Below are positions 1 to 8,504 of a DNA stretch of 64,000 nucleotides, piece after piece. A program made the position numbers and the translations under genes. Position 1 is the first letter of the stretch; every line of letters starts with the position of its first letter. The notes under the pieces are model-generated. The model was not told where the DNA came from. It did no database searches and saw only the letters and a list, made by a program, of their open reading frames with translations. This DNA comes from Deferribacterales bacterium UBA4806 (lineage in GTDB: Bacteria; Chrysiogenota; Deferribacteres; Deferribacterales; UBA228), in the NCBI GenBank assembly GCA_002402635.1, contig DHGE01000126.1, positions 893-64,892 of the forward strand, written 5' to 3'.

Positions 1-612
1 TTTTTTACCCTTGGTTTTGCATTTTTGACACTGGTAACCATCTCTATGTAATATATAAGCTTTTAAGTTATAAAATCCTTTTTGATTACCTTCCTGATAT
101 TCTTTACCTTTAACATCAGGATTAGTAATTTTATATATATCAAAATTTCCTGTTTCCACCTTCCATCTTGTTACTGGTAATATACTTTCTACAAACTTTT
201 TCTCCCTTAAATGTGAATCTAATTTAGATTTAATACTTGGGGCTAACCTATCCTCTTTTTTCATAGAAGCCCTATTTTGCCATCTTGGTTTTCTGTATCT
301 AGTTTTCATATACCTTCTATTTCTACGGTACATCTTTCTTTGTTTCATCTTTTTTGATACATCTTGTCTTATTTCAATTTCTGATTGATAAACTACTTTA
401 CCATTTGCTATAGCTGAACATCCTATCTTCTTACTACCTGTATCCATACCCGCAACTACTTCTTGCACATTCTCTTCACAATCCCAAAGTAATTTAATTG
501 TGAAAGGATTTTTCCTGATAACCTTTGCTTTACCATCCCTTAAAAGTTTACGTGCCTTAGCTTCTTTACAAGGCATCAAAGGATTACCATTCTTATTAAT
601 TACATACACCAT
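1..612 (-). CDS. iscB: IscB-type RNA-guided nuclease, N-terminal 204 aa (gene runs off the window start)
   Basis: Own translation from ATG at 612 (minus). MVYVINKNGNPLMPCKEAKARKLLRDGKAKVIRKNPFTIKLLW is the PLMP domain. AGMDTGSKKIG carries the RuvC-I Asp. RRNRRYMKTRYRKPRW is the Arg-rich bridge helix. VETGNFD carries the RuvC-II Glu. HRDGYQCQKC starts the HNH domain. Absent from the ORF track because it is open at the edge. Confidence 0.85.
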   Translation of the reverse strand, partial: MVYVINKNGNPLMPCKEAKARKLLRDGKAKVIRKNPFTIKLLWDCEENVQEVVAGMDTGSKKIGCSAIANGKVVYQSEIEIRQDVSKKMKQRKMYRRNRRYMKTRYRKPRWQNRASMKKEDRLAPSIKSKLDSHLREKKFVESILPVTRWKVETGNFDIYKITNPDVKGKEYQEGNQKGFYNLKAYILHRDGYQCQKCKTKGKK

Positions 613-895
613 GTCTTTAAGACCTCCTGTATGTTGAAGAAATGCGTATCCGAAACATCGGAGTTATTTCGGAATCCGTCCTCCTCTCGAACAGATATGG
701 GAAGGTTTAACGATACAGGCACTATCCCTACCACACAGGATTGTTTAGTTTGTATCCATAGAGGTTGGGACTGAGGCGACATCCCAACGTATCTAATTTC
801 TTCCCTATCGTTTACTAACAACCTTTACCTCCTGTTAGTGTTCTGGTATCCCTGTAGCTGAAAGCTACTGAACTATTGTTCATTGGTGAGATACA
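613..895 (-). ncRNA. candidate omega-RNA (IscB guide-scaffold RNA) directly upstream of iscB
   Basis: Only GC-enriched non-coding stretch in the window, and it ends at the iscB SD/ATG. Hairpins seen: 650-672 (CCGAAA/TTTCGG), 764-788 (GTTGGGA/TCCCAAC), 814-839 (ACTAACA/TGTTAGT), 854-868 (GTAGCT/AGCTAC). The 5' limit is uncertain. Confidence 0.55.
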
Positions 896-900
896 ACAAC

Positions 901-1974
901 TCATTTTTCCACAGAATGTTCTAAACCTTTCAAATAAATAATCGCATCCTCATAATATTCCAAAGCTACCATCCTATGTGAGTCAGGGTAGAGTATAACA
1001 GTTGGTATTATATTATTAGCGTGGTCATAACCAAGTGATTCACCAAATTCATCGAACAATTTGAATGTACCGCAACTAAGAGCTAGTCTCTTTTTCCCGT
1101 GTCTCCAGAATGTTTCAAGCCCACCTTCGTGTAAATGCTCCATTGTTATGATATCTAAATCCCCAATGCTAGCTAAATCATATTTTCTTTTATGGGCGTG
1201 GTGTCTATTCAAAACACTATTGTATTTAAGTTTGTGGTTGATACTAATCCTATATTCTTCATTTCCTACAGTAACAAAAACATACGTTCCGTTACTCCCT
1301 GTATAAATGAATTTATTTTTGTCAACAAAAATATCTTGAGCTGATATAAGAGCCATCTTTTTAGTAAACTCTTCGTGATTACCTAATCCCACATATAAAA
1401 AACTATCTTGATACTCTTCCAATATATATTTGAATAACATCCACTGTTTGTACACTGCTATGTCAGTTTTGTCTGTCTGTGAAATTAATTTTTGTATAAT
1501 AAAATTATCTATAGTATCACCACCTAAAGCAATATACATATTCTCTTCGTTATGTATAGCGTCCAAAGTTTTTTTCAAGCGAGCTACGTCACAAAAGGGA
1601 TTTCCTAAATGAACATCGCTAATAAATGATATAGCGATAGGTTTATCAGTATTTATGTTTATTTTACTAATTTTCTGAAAAATATTATCGTGCTTCCTAA
1701 ACACATTAAATTTTTCATCCTGTATTTTACACAATTCTTGCAGATACTGCTCAGGGTCAAAACCGTTTTCAAATTTTTCTCTGCTATTTTGTTCAAAAAT
1801 TACCTTTGATTTTTTTATATTCCCTCTGAAAAAATGTCTAATACTCTCTGAGCTTCTATTGTATCCTTTACACTTCATCAAATCGGATAATTGGTTATTT
1901 GTATAATCTGGGTGCTCTTCCCTGAGCTTTTTTATAAATTCTACTTCCTCATCACTCCAAAGGTTTCCTGCCAT
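901..1974 (-). CDS. calcineurin-like metallophosphoesterase with N-terminal Myb/SANT-like segment
   Basis: Motifs SFISDVHLG, GGDTIDNF and GLGNHEEF, plus later His residues. N-terminus reads WSDEEVEFIKKLREE. Confidence 0.7.
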   Translation of the reverse strand: MAGNLWSDEEVEFIKKLREEHPDYTNNQLSDLMKCKGYNRSSESIRHFFRGNIKKSKVIFEQNSREKFENGFDPEQYLQELCKIQDEKFNVFRKHDNIFQKISKININTDKPIAISFISDVHLGNPFCDVARLKKTLDAIHNEENMYIALGGDTIDNFIIQKLISQTDKTDIAVYKQWMLFKYILEEYQDSFLYVGLGNHEEFTKKMALISAQDIFVDKNKFIYTGSNGTYVFVTVGNEEYRISINHKLKYNSVLNRHHAHKRKYDLASIGDLDIITMEHLHEGGLETFWRHGKKRLALSCGTFKLFDEFGESLGYDHANNIIPTVILYPDSHRMVALEYYEDAIIYLKGLEHSVEK

Positions 1975-1985
1975 AATATCTCCTT

Positions 1986-2798
1986 TTATTTTAATTGATT
2001 TAAAGTTTGTTGTGATAACTTTTCTGCTTTTTTTCTTGCAAATGTTTTCTTTACTGCTTCACTTATTTTTTTCTTTATTTCATCAGAACGATTCTTCCCA
2101 TATAAAGGATGTTTTTCACCTTTGTGTGCATTAGACATTTTTTTCTTTGTCTCATTAGAAAGCTGTTTTCCTTTATGTGTCTCAGATAGTTTTTTCCTTG
2201 TCTCATCAGAAATTTGCTTCCCTTTTTGTGCCCCAGATATTTTTTTCTTTGTCTCATCAGAAAGATGCTTCCCATAATTAGAATGTTTTTCACCTTTATG
2301 TGCCTCAGATAGTTTTTTTCTGTGTTCATCAGAAAGATGCTTCCCATATAAAGGATTTTTTTCACCTTTGTGTGAATTAGATAATTTTTTTCTATGCTCA
2401 TCAGAAAGATGCTTCCCATATAAAGGATTTTTTTCACCTTTTCGTGACTCCGATAATTTTCTATTATGTTCAGCAGATAATTTTACTCCTAAATTATTCC
2501 CAGCTGTGGGACAAAGGTTATACAAATTTTCAAATCCATAAGTATCAATAGCCCTCTGCTCAAAGAACAACAAATTTTTACCATCACAGTATAAAATAGG
2601 TTTAAATACAAAATTTTCTTCACCATATTTATTCCAAGCTCTTTGAAGATGTCTATTAATGTGTGTATTTTTTATTAAACTATTTTTATGTATATATAAT
2701 CTCTTCTTTAAATTTACAGCACTCCCCACGTATTTTTTTCCATCTATTTTATTCTCTATTATGTAAATACCTGTGTTATACTTTAACTCTTTTTCCAT
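1986..2798 (-). CDS. GIY-YIG homing endonuclease with NUMOD3 repeat array
   Basis: GIYIIENKIDGKKYVGSA (GIY-YIG), then about 7 repeats of GEKNPLYGKHLSDEHRKKLS. Confidence 0.85.
   Translation of the reverse strand: MEKELKYNTGIYIIENKIDGKKYVGSAVNLKKRLYIHKNSLIKNTHINRHLQRAWNKYGEENFVFKPILYCDGKNLLFFEQRAIDTYGFENLYNLCPTAGNNLGVKLSAEHNRKLSESRKGEKNPLYGKHLSDEHRKKLSNSHKGEKNPLYGKHLSDEHRKKLSEAHKGEKHSNYGKHLSDETKKKISGAQKGKQISDETRKKLSETHKGKQLSNETKKKMSNAHKGEKHPLYGKNRSDEIKKKISEAVKKTFARKKAEKLSQQTLNQLK
2090..2460 (-). repeat. tandem roughly 54-60 bp coding repeats (NUMOD3 units)
   Basis: Near-identical DNA units, e.g. ttcatcagaaagatgcttcccatataaaggattttttt. They also create the spurious ORF 2075..2437. Confidence 0.8.
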
Positions 2799-2800
2799 TG

Positions 2801-3223
2801 TTATTTACCATTTTTTAATTGTTCTAGAGCCATTTCCATAGACACGTATGTCCCATCTCTTAGGCAACCCCATCTTGCTTTAGTTCCACGACAATCTATG
2901 TGAAAACCTTTCCGTGCCCAAAACGGATATATACCCATCCCCACGAAATTTTCCAACTGTAAATCTTTAAGATAATATTCCATCATCTTTACTTGGGACT
3001 CAAAATCAATTTTTGTGTCAATATGAAAATCTACAGCATCACCCGTATAGTGTTTGCTTTTTGTAGCGTGCCCTGAATTTTCATATCCACAATGGACAAC
3101 AAACGGACTACCCACTAAATCCCTGAGTTTGTCGAGCATCAGTAATAAATATCCGTTCATTTTCTCAGGGTCTCCCCAGTTTTCATCTTCTTTAAAATAC
3201 TGTAATTCGTCCCAAATGCTCAT
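2801..3223 (-). CDS. peptidase M15A-like zinc cell-wall peptidase (candidate endolysin)
   Basis: SGHATKSKHYTGDAVDFHI ... KGFHIDCR gives an H-x6-D ... H zinc triad pattern. Confidence 0.65.
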   Translation of the reverse strand: MSIWDELQYFKEDENWGDPEKMNGYLLLMLDKLRDLVGSPFVVHCGYENSGHATKSKHYTGDAVDFHIDTKIDFESQVKMMEYYLKDLQLENFVGMGIYPFWARKGFHIDCRGTKARWGCLRDGTYVSMEMALEQLKNGK

Positions 3224-3534
3224 TATTTATCACCCTCCTTTTTATAAAAAAATAACGTGTTATCAACGAGATATAGATTATTAGTATTGAAGAATGAATC
3301 TGCAACATTTTTATACTCTGTTAAAAAGTTTATCAATAACTCTATAGTTTTCTTTTCATTACAGCTAAACAATACCACGTTAGGGTATTCTTTTTTTGCC
3401 TCTTTGAAAGGTAGCCCCAAAAAAATTAAAAATGAAAACTTTAACAGTTCTATATAAGATAATTTATCCAAAAACTCCCTTTCATTCTTATCATTTGCCA
3501 AAGCCCTTAACTGAGAAATGTTTTTTAAGTTCAT
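3223..3534 (-). CDS. hypothetical protein
   Basis: Tiles with neighbouring genes (ATGA-type overlap). No recognisable motif. Confidence 0.5.
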   Translation of the reverse strand: MNLKNISQLRALANDKNEREFLDKLSYIELLKFSFLIFLGLPFKEAKKEYPNVVLFSCNEKKTIELLINFLTEYKNVADSFFNTNNLYLVDNTLFFYKKEGDK

Positions 3535-3543
3535 CTTAACCTC

Positions 3544-4038
3544 TTATTTAACCCTTTTTTCCTTGTTTTGTTTTTTCATATAATACTTGTGTATTTTATC
3601 CAAAAGATATTGTTTAGCAAATTCTTTCTCATTTTCATCCATCCGGTTAACAATATCATTTTTCTTATTCCCTTTTGTCCTTTCAATCTCCTCTTTTAAT
3701 GCTTCTTTTGTATTAACCGCTAACTGTCCTCTCTCAGCTCTACTATAAATCCGGTCAACAATATTAGCCATTTTTACCCCACTATCACTAATTATGCTAT
3801 ATATAAAAGCCAGTTCCTTGGTAGTTAGTGATTCCTCATCATTACTCAATTTCTGCGCTATTGACCCCAATAACCTTCCACTTAAATTAAATATTCCTTC
3901 CAGCTGTATAGAGATACAAGCACCGTATTTGAATAAAAAATCCTCTATTGTATTAATATTTTGTAGCATCTGTTCAGGTTTACTAATTTCTATTGCTTTC
4001 TCTTCACTACTTACATATGGTTCCAAAGATTTCTCCAT
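3544..4038 (-). CDS. hypothetical protein
   Basis: Long ORF in the gene tiling. No motif recognised. Confidence 0.5.
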   Translation of the reverse strand: MEKSLEPYVSSEEKAIEISKPEQMLQNINTIEDFLFKYGACISIQLEGIFNLSGRLLGSIAQKLSNDEESLTTKELAFIYSIISDSGVKMANIVDRIYSRAERGQLAVNTKEALKEEIERTKGNKKNDIVNRMDENEKEFAKQYLLDKIHKYYMKKQNKEKRVK

Positions 4039-4201
4039 TACATTCCTCCAAAAATTTAAACAAATTTATTTGCTCCTTTATATCCAATTCTTTTACATTT
4101 AATTTTTCTATAAGAATATTCAAAAACTGAACGTATATATTTATTATGATTAGTATTGTTTCCATCTTCACTTTCAACATATATATTATAATAACTCTTT
4201 T

Positions 4202-4858
4202 TTAAATCAAATGTTTCCATCTCTTCTTTTCTTTCTCAAAATTTTTTATATATAAAGTAATCGGTGGTATTGTATCATCTACCACCCCCCTTTTATTTAC
4301 CATTACTATCACTACATTATCCGGGATTAACTTAAATCTCTCTTCCAACATTAATCCATATATTGTAGTCTGTAAAAAATACGAATCAATCCACTCCTCA
4401 GGTTTGGGGTAGGTACTTGTTTTAAAATCAATTATGGACAAATCTCCTTCCCAATCAGCTATCAAATCAGCAGTTCCCGCTAGCCTTAATTTATCTGAAT
4501 ACAAAACAAATTCTACTCCCTTTATATTATTAACTGTTTTTAATAACAAATGTTGAAGATACTTTTCAAATAAAGTTTTTATTATATAATTTTTATTTAT
4601 TATAACCTTATTACCTAACAAAAAATCCTCGCAACATTTATGAAGTAAAGTACCAGACTCCAATGCCTCTTTTGCTATCATATCCGCTTCTCTATCCCCA
4701 ATAGATTTCCGCCACTCCTTAAACTTTTCCTGTACTTTAAGCTTTCTATTTACAAAATTAGTTACACTTCGATAAGGTTTATTATTGATAATATAATATC
4801 TTTTACCACCAATATCTTTTTTTTCAAAATCTATTTTTTTTAATAAATTATAATTCAT
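4202..4858 (-). CDS. PD-(D/E)XK (RecB/Cas4-like) exonuclease
   Basis: GTLLHKCCEDF, GTADLIADW...LSIIDFKTS (D...D-x-K) and QTTIYGLM (QxxxY). Confidence 0.65.
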   Translation of the reverse strand: MNYNLLKKIDFEKKDIGGKRYYIINNKPYRSVTNFVNRKLKVQEKFKEWRKSIGDREADMIAKEALESGTLLHKCCEDFLLGNKVIINKNYIIKTLFEKYLQHLLLKTVNNIKGVEFVLYSDKLRLAGTADLIADWEGDLSIIDFKTSTYPKPEEWIDSYFLQTTIYGLMLEERFKLIPDNVVIVMVNKRGVVDDTIPPITLYIKNFEKEKKRWKHLI

Positions 4859-5322
4859 AGCAAAAAATCCCCTAATATGTCAATAGTTTTACCAAATGTA
4901 ATATCATCTTCAATCAATATGTCGCTGAAATGTCTTAAAAAAGGGTGTTTCCTTAACTCCTCACTACTAAATTTATTGACAACTGTAAATATATATTTAT
5001 TATGCTGGTGAGCAAACATAATCTCCATAGATGACCCAATGAAAGGGTAGGAGTATTTGTCCAAAAGGTCTTCATTAAAATAAGCAAAAAGAATATCACT
5101 ATTATAAATCAATTTTAAATCCATATTAACAATACTAGAACTAAAACTACCTCCATTATCCTTTACACAAGTTAACACATTATAATCCACGGGATACACA
5201 AATTCTATCATTCCGTCCAATATGCTATTATTAATAGCACTTACAAATTTACTTCTGTAATCTCTATCCTTGTCTTTCTCTTTGTGAAAAATCCTTCCAG
5301 CTAAATATAATTTCTTTTTCAT
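4855..5322 (-). CDS. nucleoside 2-deoxyribosyltransferase/Rcl-like protein
   Basis: KKLYLAGRIF at the N-terminus. DILFAYFNE...IGSSMEIMFAHQHNKYIF resembles the NDT fold with a catalytic-type Glu. Confidence 0.4.
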   Translation of the reverse strand: MKKKLYLAGRIFHKEKDKDRDYRSKFVSAINNSILDGMIEFVYPVDYNVLTCVKDNGGSFSSSIVNMDLKLIYNSDILFAYFNEDLLDKYSYPFIGSSMEIMFAHQHNKYIFTVVNKFSSEELRKHPFLRHFSDILIEDDITFGKTIDILGDFLL

Positions 5323-5334
5323 ATTAAACCTCCT

Positions 5335-5703
5335 TTAAACATAAAAACAATTTATCTCACACATAAAATTATTATTTACCACTTTTTCAACATAATACGA
5401 AAAACTTATATTACACACCTTCTGATACTTTTTCCCTCTTATTTCGAAAACCTTTTCTATAACATATTCCCCATCTACCTTATGTGCTACTGTATCTATA
5501 ATTTCCATTAACTTTCTTAAATCACATACAAACCTTACCTTCAAGAATACCTCATTTTCAACTACTAAATTTATTTTATTCTGCTTCAGCTCACAAAAAA
5601 CTCTTGGTTCGAAATCAGGAGCTATCTCTGTTATAATATTTACAACTTCCTCAGTATCAGCAGGCACATCAACTATTAATAAATCTAAACTATCACAACT
5701 CAT
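5335..5703 (-). CDS. hypothetical protein
   Basis: ORF in the tiling, 4-nt overlap with the upstream gene. Confidence 0.5.
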   Translation of the reverse strand: MSCDSLDLLIVDVPADTEEVVNIITEIAPDFEPRVFCELKQNKINLVVENEVFLKVRFVCDLRKLMEIIDTVAHKVDGEYVIEKVFEIRGKKYQKVCNISFSYYVEKVVNNNFMCEINCFYV

Positions 5704-5993
5704 TGTTCCCTCTTATTACCATAATTTTCATTATCATTTATCACCACCTCGTTATTTATTTTCAAATAATCAAACAAATTATCAGCCAATACATTTTCAT
5801 CTTTCATCAAAAAACAAATCTCAGGGCTTACCTTTTCTAATATTACATTTTCTCCTTTCAATACACACCCTTGCTCTAAACTATAAATCATTTCTAAAAA
5901 ACAACTCACCACTCTTCTGGTTTTGGGATTACTTTCTACTCCTATTGAACTCAAAAAATCATTTACTGTAATTATTTTTTTATTAATTCCCAA
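5700..5993 (-). CDS. hypothetical protein
   Basis: ORF in the tiling. Confidence 0.5.
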   Translation of the reverse strand: MGINKKIITVNDFLSSIGVESNPKTRRVVSCFLEMIYSLEQGCVLKGENVILEKVSPEICFLMKDENVLADNLFDYLKINNEVVINDNENYGNKREQ

Positions 5994-6002
5994 TATCCCC
6001 TC

Positions 6003-6596
6003 CTATTTCAACGATATTAAATTATTGGCAGTCCGTTCAAAAATCTTACTATGAGTGGTTAGAATTATTTGTATTCCTAACTCTTTTGCTATATCCTGTA
6101 AAAACTGAGCCATTTTTTCCTGTAAATCCACAGATAAAAACTTAAATGGTTCATCAAATATAAAAACACTTCTCTGCTTTCTGTTCAAAATAAACAAAGA
6201 CAATCTTAAAGCAAAGCTAACTACATCAGCAACTCCACCCCCCGAACTATCCAAAACATCTACCAGCATATCTCCTTTTTTAATATAAAAATAAATATTG
6301 TTCTTGCCTCTCTTATTATCCATTTCCATTATAAATTCATAATCATTTCCAAATACTACCTGTAATGCCTTTGTAACAATATCCGTTATCTTATATCTTA
6401 TTATTTCCTGTGTTTTATTAGCCACTGTTTTAATTATGGTATCTACTTCATTTAATATCTCTAAATTACTTTTTAAAACAGATAAAGAAGCAATATTGTC
6501 TTTTATCTGCTTTTTAATCAAATCTCTTTCTCCAGTTTTCTTATCTAAAACTTGCTTTAATTTATTAATTTCCATTGCCAATCGTATTAGTTTCAT
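6003..6596 (-). CDS. Rad50/SbcC-type ATPase, C-terminal half only (signature, Walker B, H-loop)
   Basis: LDSSGGGVADVVSFALRLSL (ABC signature), SVFIFDEPF (Walker B), ILTTHS (H-loop). No Walker A. Confidence 0.7.
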   Translation of the reverse strand: MKLIRLAMEINKLKQVLDKKTGERDLIKKQIKDNIASLSVLKSNLEILNEVDTIIKTVANKTQEIIRYKITDIVTKALQVVFGNDYEFIMEMDNKRGKNNIYFYIKKGDMLVDVLDSSGGGVADVVSFALRLSLFILNRKQRSVFIFDEPFKFLSVDLQEKMAQFLQDIAKELGIQIILTTHSKIFERTANNLISLK

Positions 6597-6825
6597 TAAT
6601 TATTTTTTTAGCTTCTAACATAAGTTCTTCAAGCTTTTTCTCAATTTCCTGTTTTCTATCGGTAACCTTTTTTATTACCTCGTTAATGGGTTGCTTTGTT
6701 AAATCAATGTTTAATTCTGCTAACTCCTTTTTTAACTGCTCTAGCTCCCATTGTAACTTTTTTAATTGCTCCTTCTTTTCCTTAATTTTTTCTTTTGCTT
6801 GAGATAACTTTTCTACATTGTTCAT
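6565..6825 (-). CDS. coiled-coil protein (possible Rad50 coil segment)
   Basis: The 86 aa are almost entirely heptad-like K/E/L sequence. Overlaps the next ORF by 32 nt in another frame. Confidence 0.4.
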   Translation of the reverse strand: MNNVEKLSQAKEKIKEKKEQLKKLQWELEQLKKELAELNIDLTKQPINEVIKKVTDRKQEIEKKLEELMLEAKKIINETNTIGNGN

Positions 6826-6867
6826 CTAACACCTCTTAATATTTTTTATTTATAACAAGAATAATAA

Positions 6868-7740
6868 TTATTCTTGTAAAATACTCATTACTTTTTCTTT
6901 TACTTCAGTCTTTACCTTGTTTTCATTTAACCAGATTTCAATATTTTTCCTAAAATTTATTGTCCAGTCACCCCCCTTTAATGTTTTTAAAAAATCCTCT
7001 GTATTAATCTTCTTATTTAATACATCTATATGCTCAGTACTAATACAATCCTTTTGTATTGGTATTTCTATTTCCTTTACTTTTCTATTGTTCGTATTAT
7101 AAACAAATATTTTTGGAGTATGTTCTATCTGGTCAACATTAAGCCTCAATAAAGAGCCTCCGTTTATTACATATCTCCCCTCTTTCTCCATTTTAATATA
7201 TTCGTGATTATCCCCCGTAAATACCAAATCATACCCATATCTAAACAATTTATTACCTACCAATCCCATATCATTTTTCCAAGCTGGTACTTCATTTGGT
7301 CTAATAATAAACCTATGCCATAAAGCTATCTTAACTTTATCTGTCTTTTCCGGAGATGTTATATCCTGTCCAAAATGAAAAGGATACAATATAAAATCGT
7401 CTGTCTCCAAAGGTTCATTCAAAATCCTAATTACCTCAGCTTTATGCAAAATACTTAAGGCAGATTTATCCAATTCATTTAAGTTATGAGAGGGCATATC
7501 GTGATTTCCTACAATACAATACATATAAGGTAGGTTATCTATTAGCCAATTTAAAAAACTAATTGATACTTTATAAGTGTCCAGTAAATCCCCGGCCTGA
7601 AATATATATTTTACCTTATATTCTTCACTAACTTTCTTGATAAAATTAATCTTATCTAACTGTGTAATAATAAAATCATCAATTCTACAAATAGGTTTTG
7701 TCTCCCTGAAATGACAATCCGCTATAAAAAGTAAATTCAT
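6868..7740 (-). CDS. sbcD: Mre11/SbcD-type nuclease
   Basis: LLFIADCHF, QAGDLLD, VGNHDMP, ALWHRF and TGDNHEY phosphoesterase motifs. Confidence 0.8.
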   Translation of the reverse strand: MNLLFIADCHFRETKPICRIDDFIITQLDKINFIKKVSEEYKVKYIFQAGDLLDTYKVSISFLNWLIDNLPYMYCIVGNHDMPSHNLNELDKSALSILHKAEVIRILNEPLETDDFILYPFHFGQDITSPEKTDKVKIALWHRFIIRPNEVPAWKNDMGLVGNKLFRYGYDLVFTGDNHEYIKMEKEGRYVINGGSLLRLNVDQIEHTPKIFVYNTNNRKVKEIEIPIQKDCISTEHIDVLNKKINTEDFLKTLKGGDWTINFRKNIEIWLNENKVKTEVKEKVMSILQE

Positions 7741-8504
7741 AACCCTTCACCTTTCATTATTTTAAACACCTCTTCATCAAATTCTTTAGTGTAATTATTA
7801 TATAATATAATATCCGCATAATCTTTCACAATATCTAATTCCGTTTCACTCTTGTGATTTAAAGCCTCCTTATCCATTAATTGTTGTCCTGATTGATTTT
7901 CGCTTTTTATAAACCATAATTGAACCTTTGACTTCTTTCTCATAGGTATCATTCGTTGTATATAGTTCACTTCATTTACAAACCTCACACTATCTATAAC
8001 AATTTTTTTCTCTTTATTTTCTAACAATAACTCTACCCTTTCATTTAATTTATCAATCCAAATATTACTATATATACCCCTTGTCAAATCACCAAACATT
8101 TGTAGTATTTTTCTTGTATGTAAATCTTTTTTACTACTATTTTTCGATGTATAATATCCAATTACTAAATTATATAACTCCTTAATCTTAATTTCATTAT
8201 TGTTTAAATAATTCACTACATCATTTTTTGTAAACATTTTACATAACAACTTTTCCAAACAATCCAAAAAATACATTTTATCATATATTTTTAACAAATC
8301 AAAATTACAATCGCTGTAATCTAAATCATTCTCCTTATATAAAAATCTTATTCCAAAACCTTTCCATACATATTCCTTTAAAGCGTCTGAAAAAGATACA
8401 ATTTTAAAACCATAATTATTTGCTAACAAATTACACGTATAAGTTTTTCCTACTCCTTGCTTACCTGAAACTCCTATTATAAATGGTATTTTTAAACTAT
8501 TCAT
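7737..8504 (-). CDS. P-loop kinase, deoxynucleoside-monophosphate-kinase-like
   Basis: IIGVSGKQGVGKTYTCNLLANNYGFKIVSFSDALKEYV resembles the T4 gp1-type N-terminus. Confidence 0.45.
   Translation of the reverse strand: MNSLKIPFIIGVSGKQGVGKTYTCNLLANNYGFKIVSFSDALKEYVWKGFGIRFLYKENDLDYSDCNFDLLKIYDKMYFLDCLEKLLCKMFTKNDVVNYLNNNEIKIKELYNLVIGYYTSKNSSKKDLHTRKILQMFGDLTRGIYSNIWIDKLNERVELLLENKEKKIVIDSVRFVNEVNYIQRMIPMRKKSKVQLWFIKSENQSGQQLMDKEALNHKSETELDIVKDYADIILYNNYTKEFDEEVFKIMKGEGL

Larger units (their letters stand above)
1..900 (-). mobile_element. left portion of an IS200/IS605-superfamily IscB element (OMEGA system); no tnpA visible in the window
   Basis: iscB plus an upstream structured RNA, inserted immediately after the stop codon (901-903) of a phage phosphoesterase gene. 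The right end lies outside the window. Confidence 0.5.

Noticed and set aside
600-821. 73-aa ORF in the supplied track
   Set aside because: It lies entirely inside the GC-enriched hairpin-rich region directly upstream of iscB, has no RBS, and overlaps the iscB start. It is more likely a chance frame within the candidate omega-RNA.
2075-2437. 120-aa ORF in another frame of the same strand as the GIY-YIG gene, and the analogous antisense ORF 11157..11639
   Set aside because: These are frames through the NUMOD3 tandem repeats. The repeat periodicity keeps an alternative frame open. The GIY-YIG frames carry the recognisable motifs.
2090-2460. CRISPR-like regular repeats
   Set aside because: The repeats are contiguous, without unique spacers, and lie in frame within a coding region (NUMOD3 units). 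No CRISPR array was seen anywhere in the window.
1986-2798. GIY-YIG genes as group I intron passengers
   Set aside because: Flanking genes are complete and abut or overlap the endonuclease ORFs. No GC-rich structured RNA flanks them, and no host gene appears interrupted.
6565-6610. Programmed frameshift joining the 86-aa coiled-coil ORF to the Rad50 C-terminal half at the A7 run (T7 on the plus strand, 6603-6609)
   Set aside because: I read both alternative frames at the run. A -1 slip gives AAT AAT TAA and a +1 slip gives TAA immediately, so slippage there cannot fuse the ORFs. A fusion would need an unmotivated +1 event further downstream.
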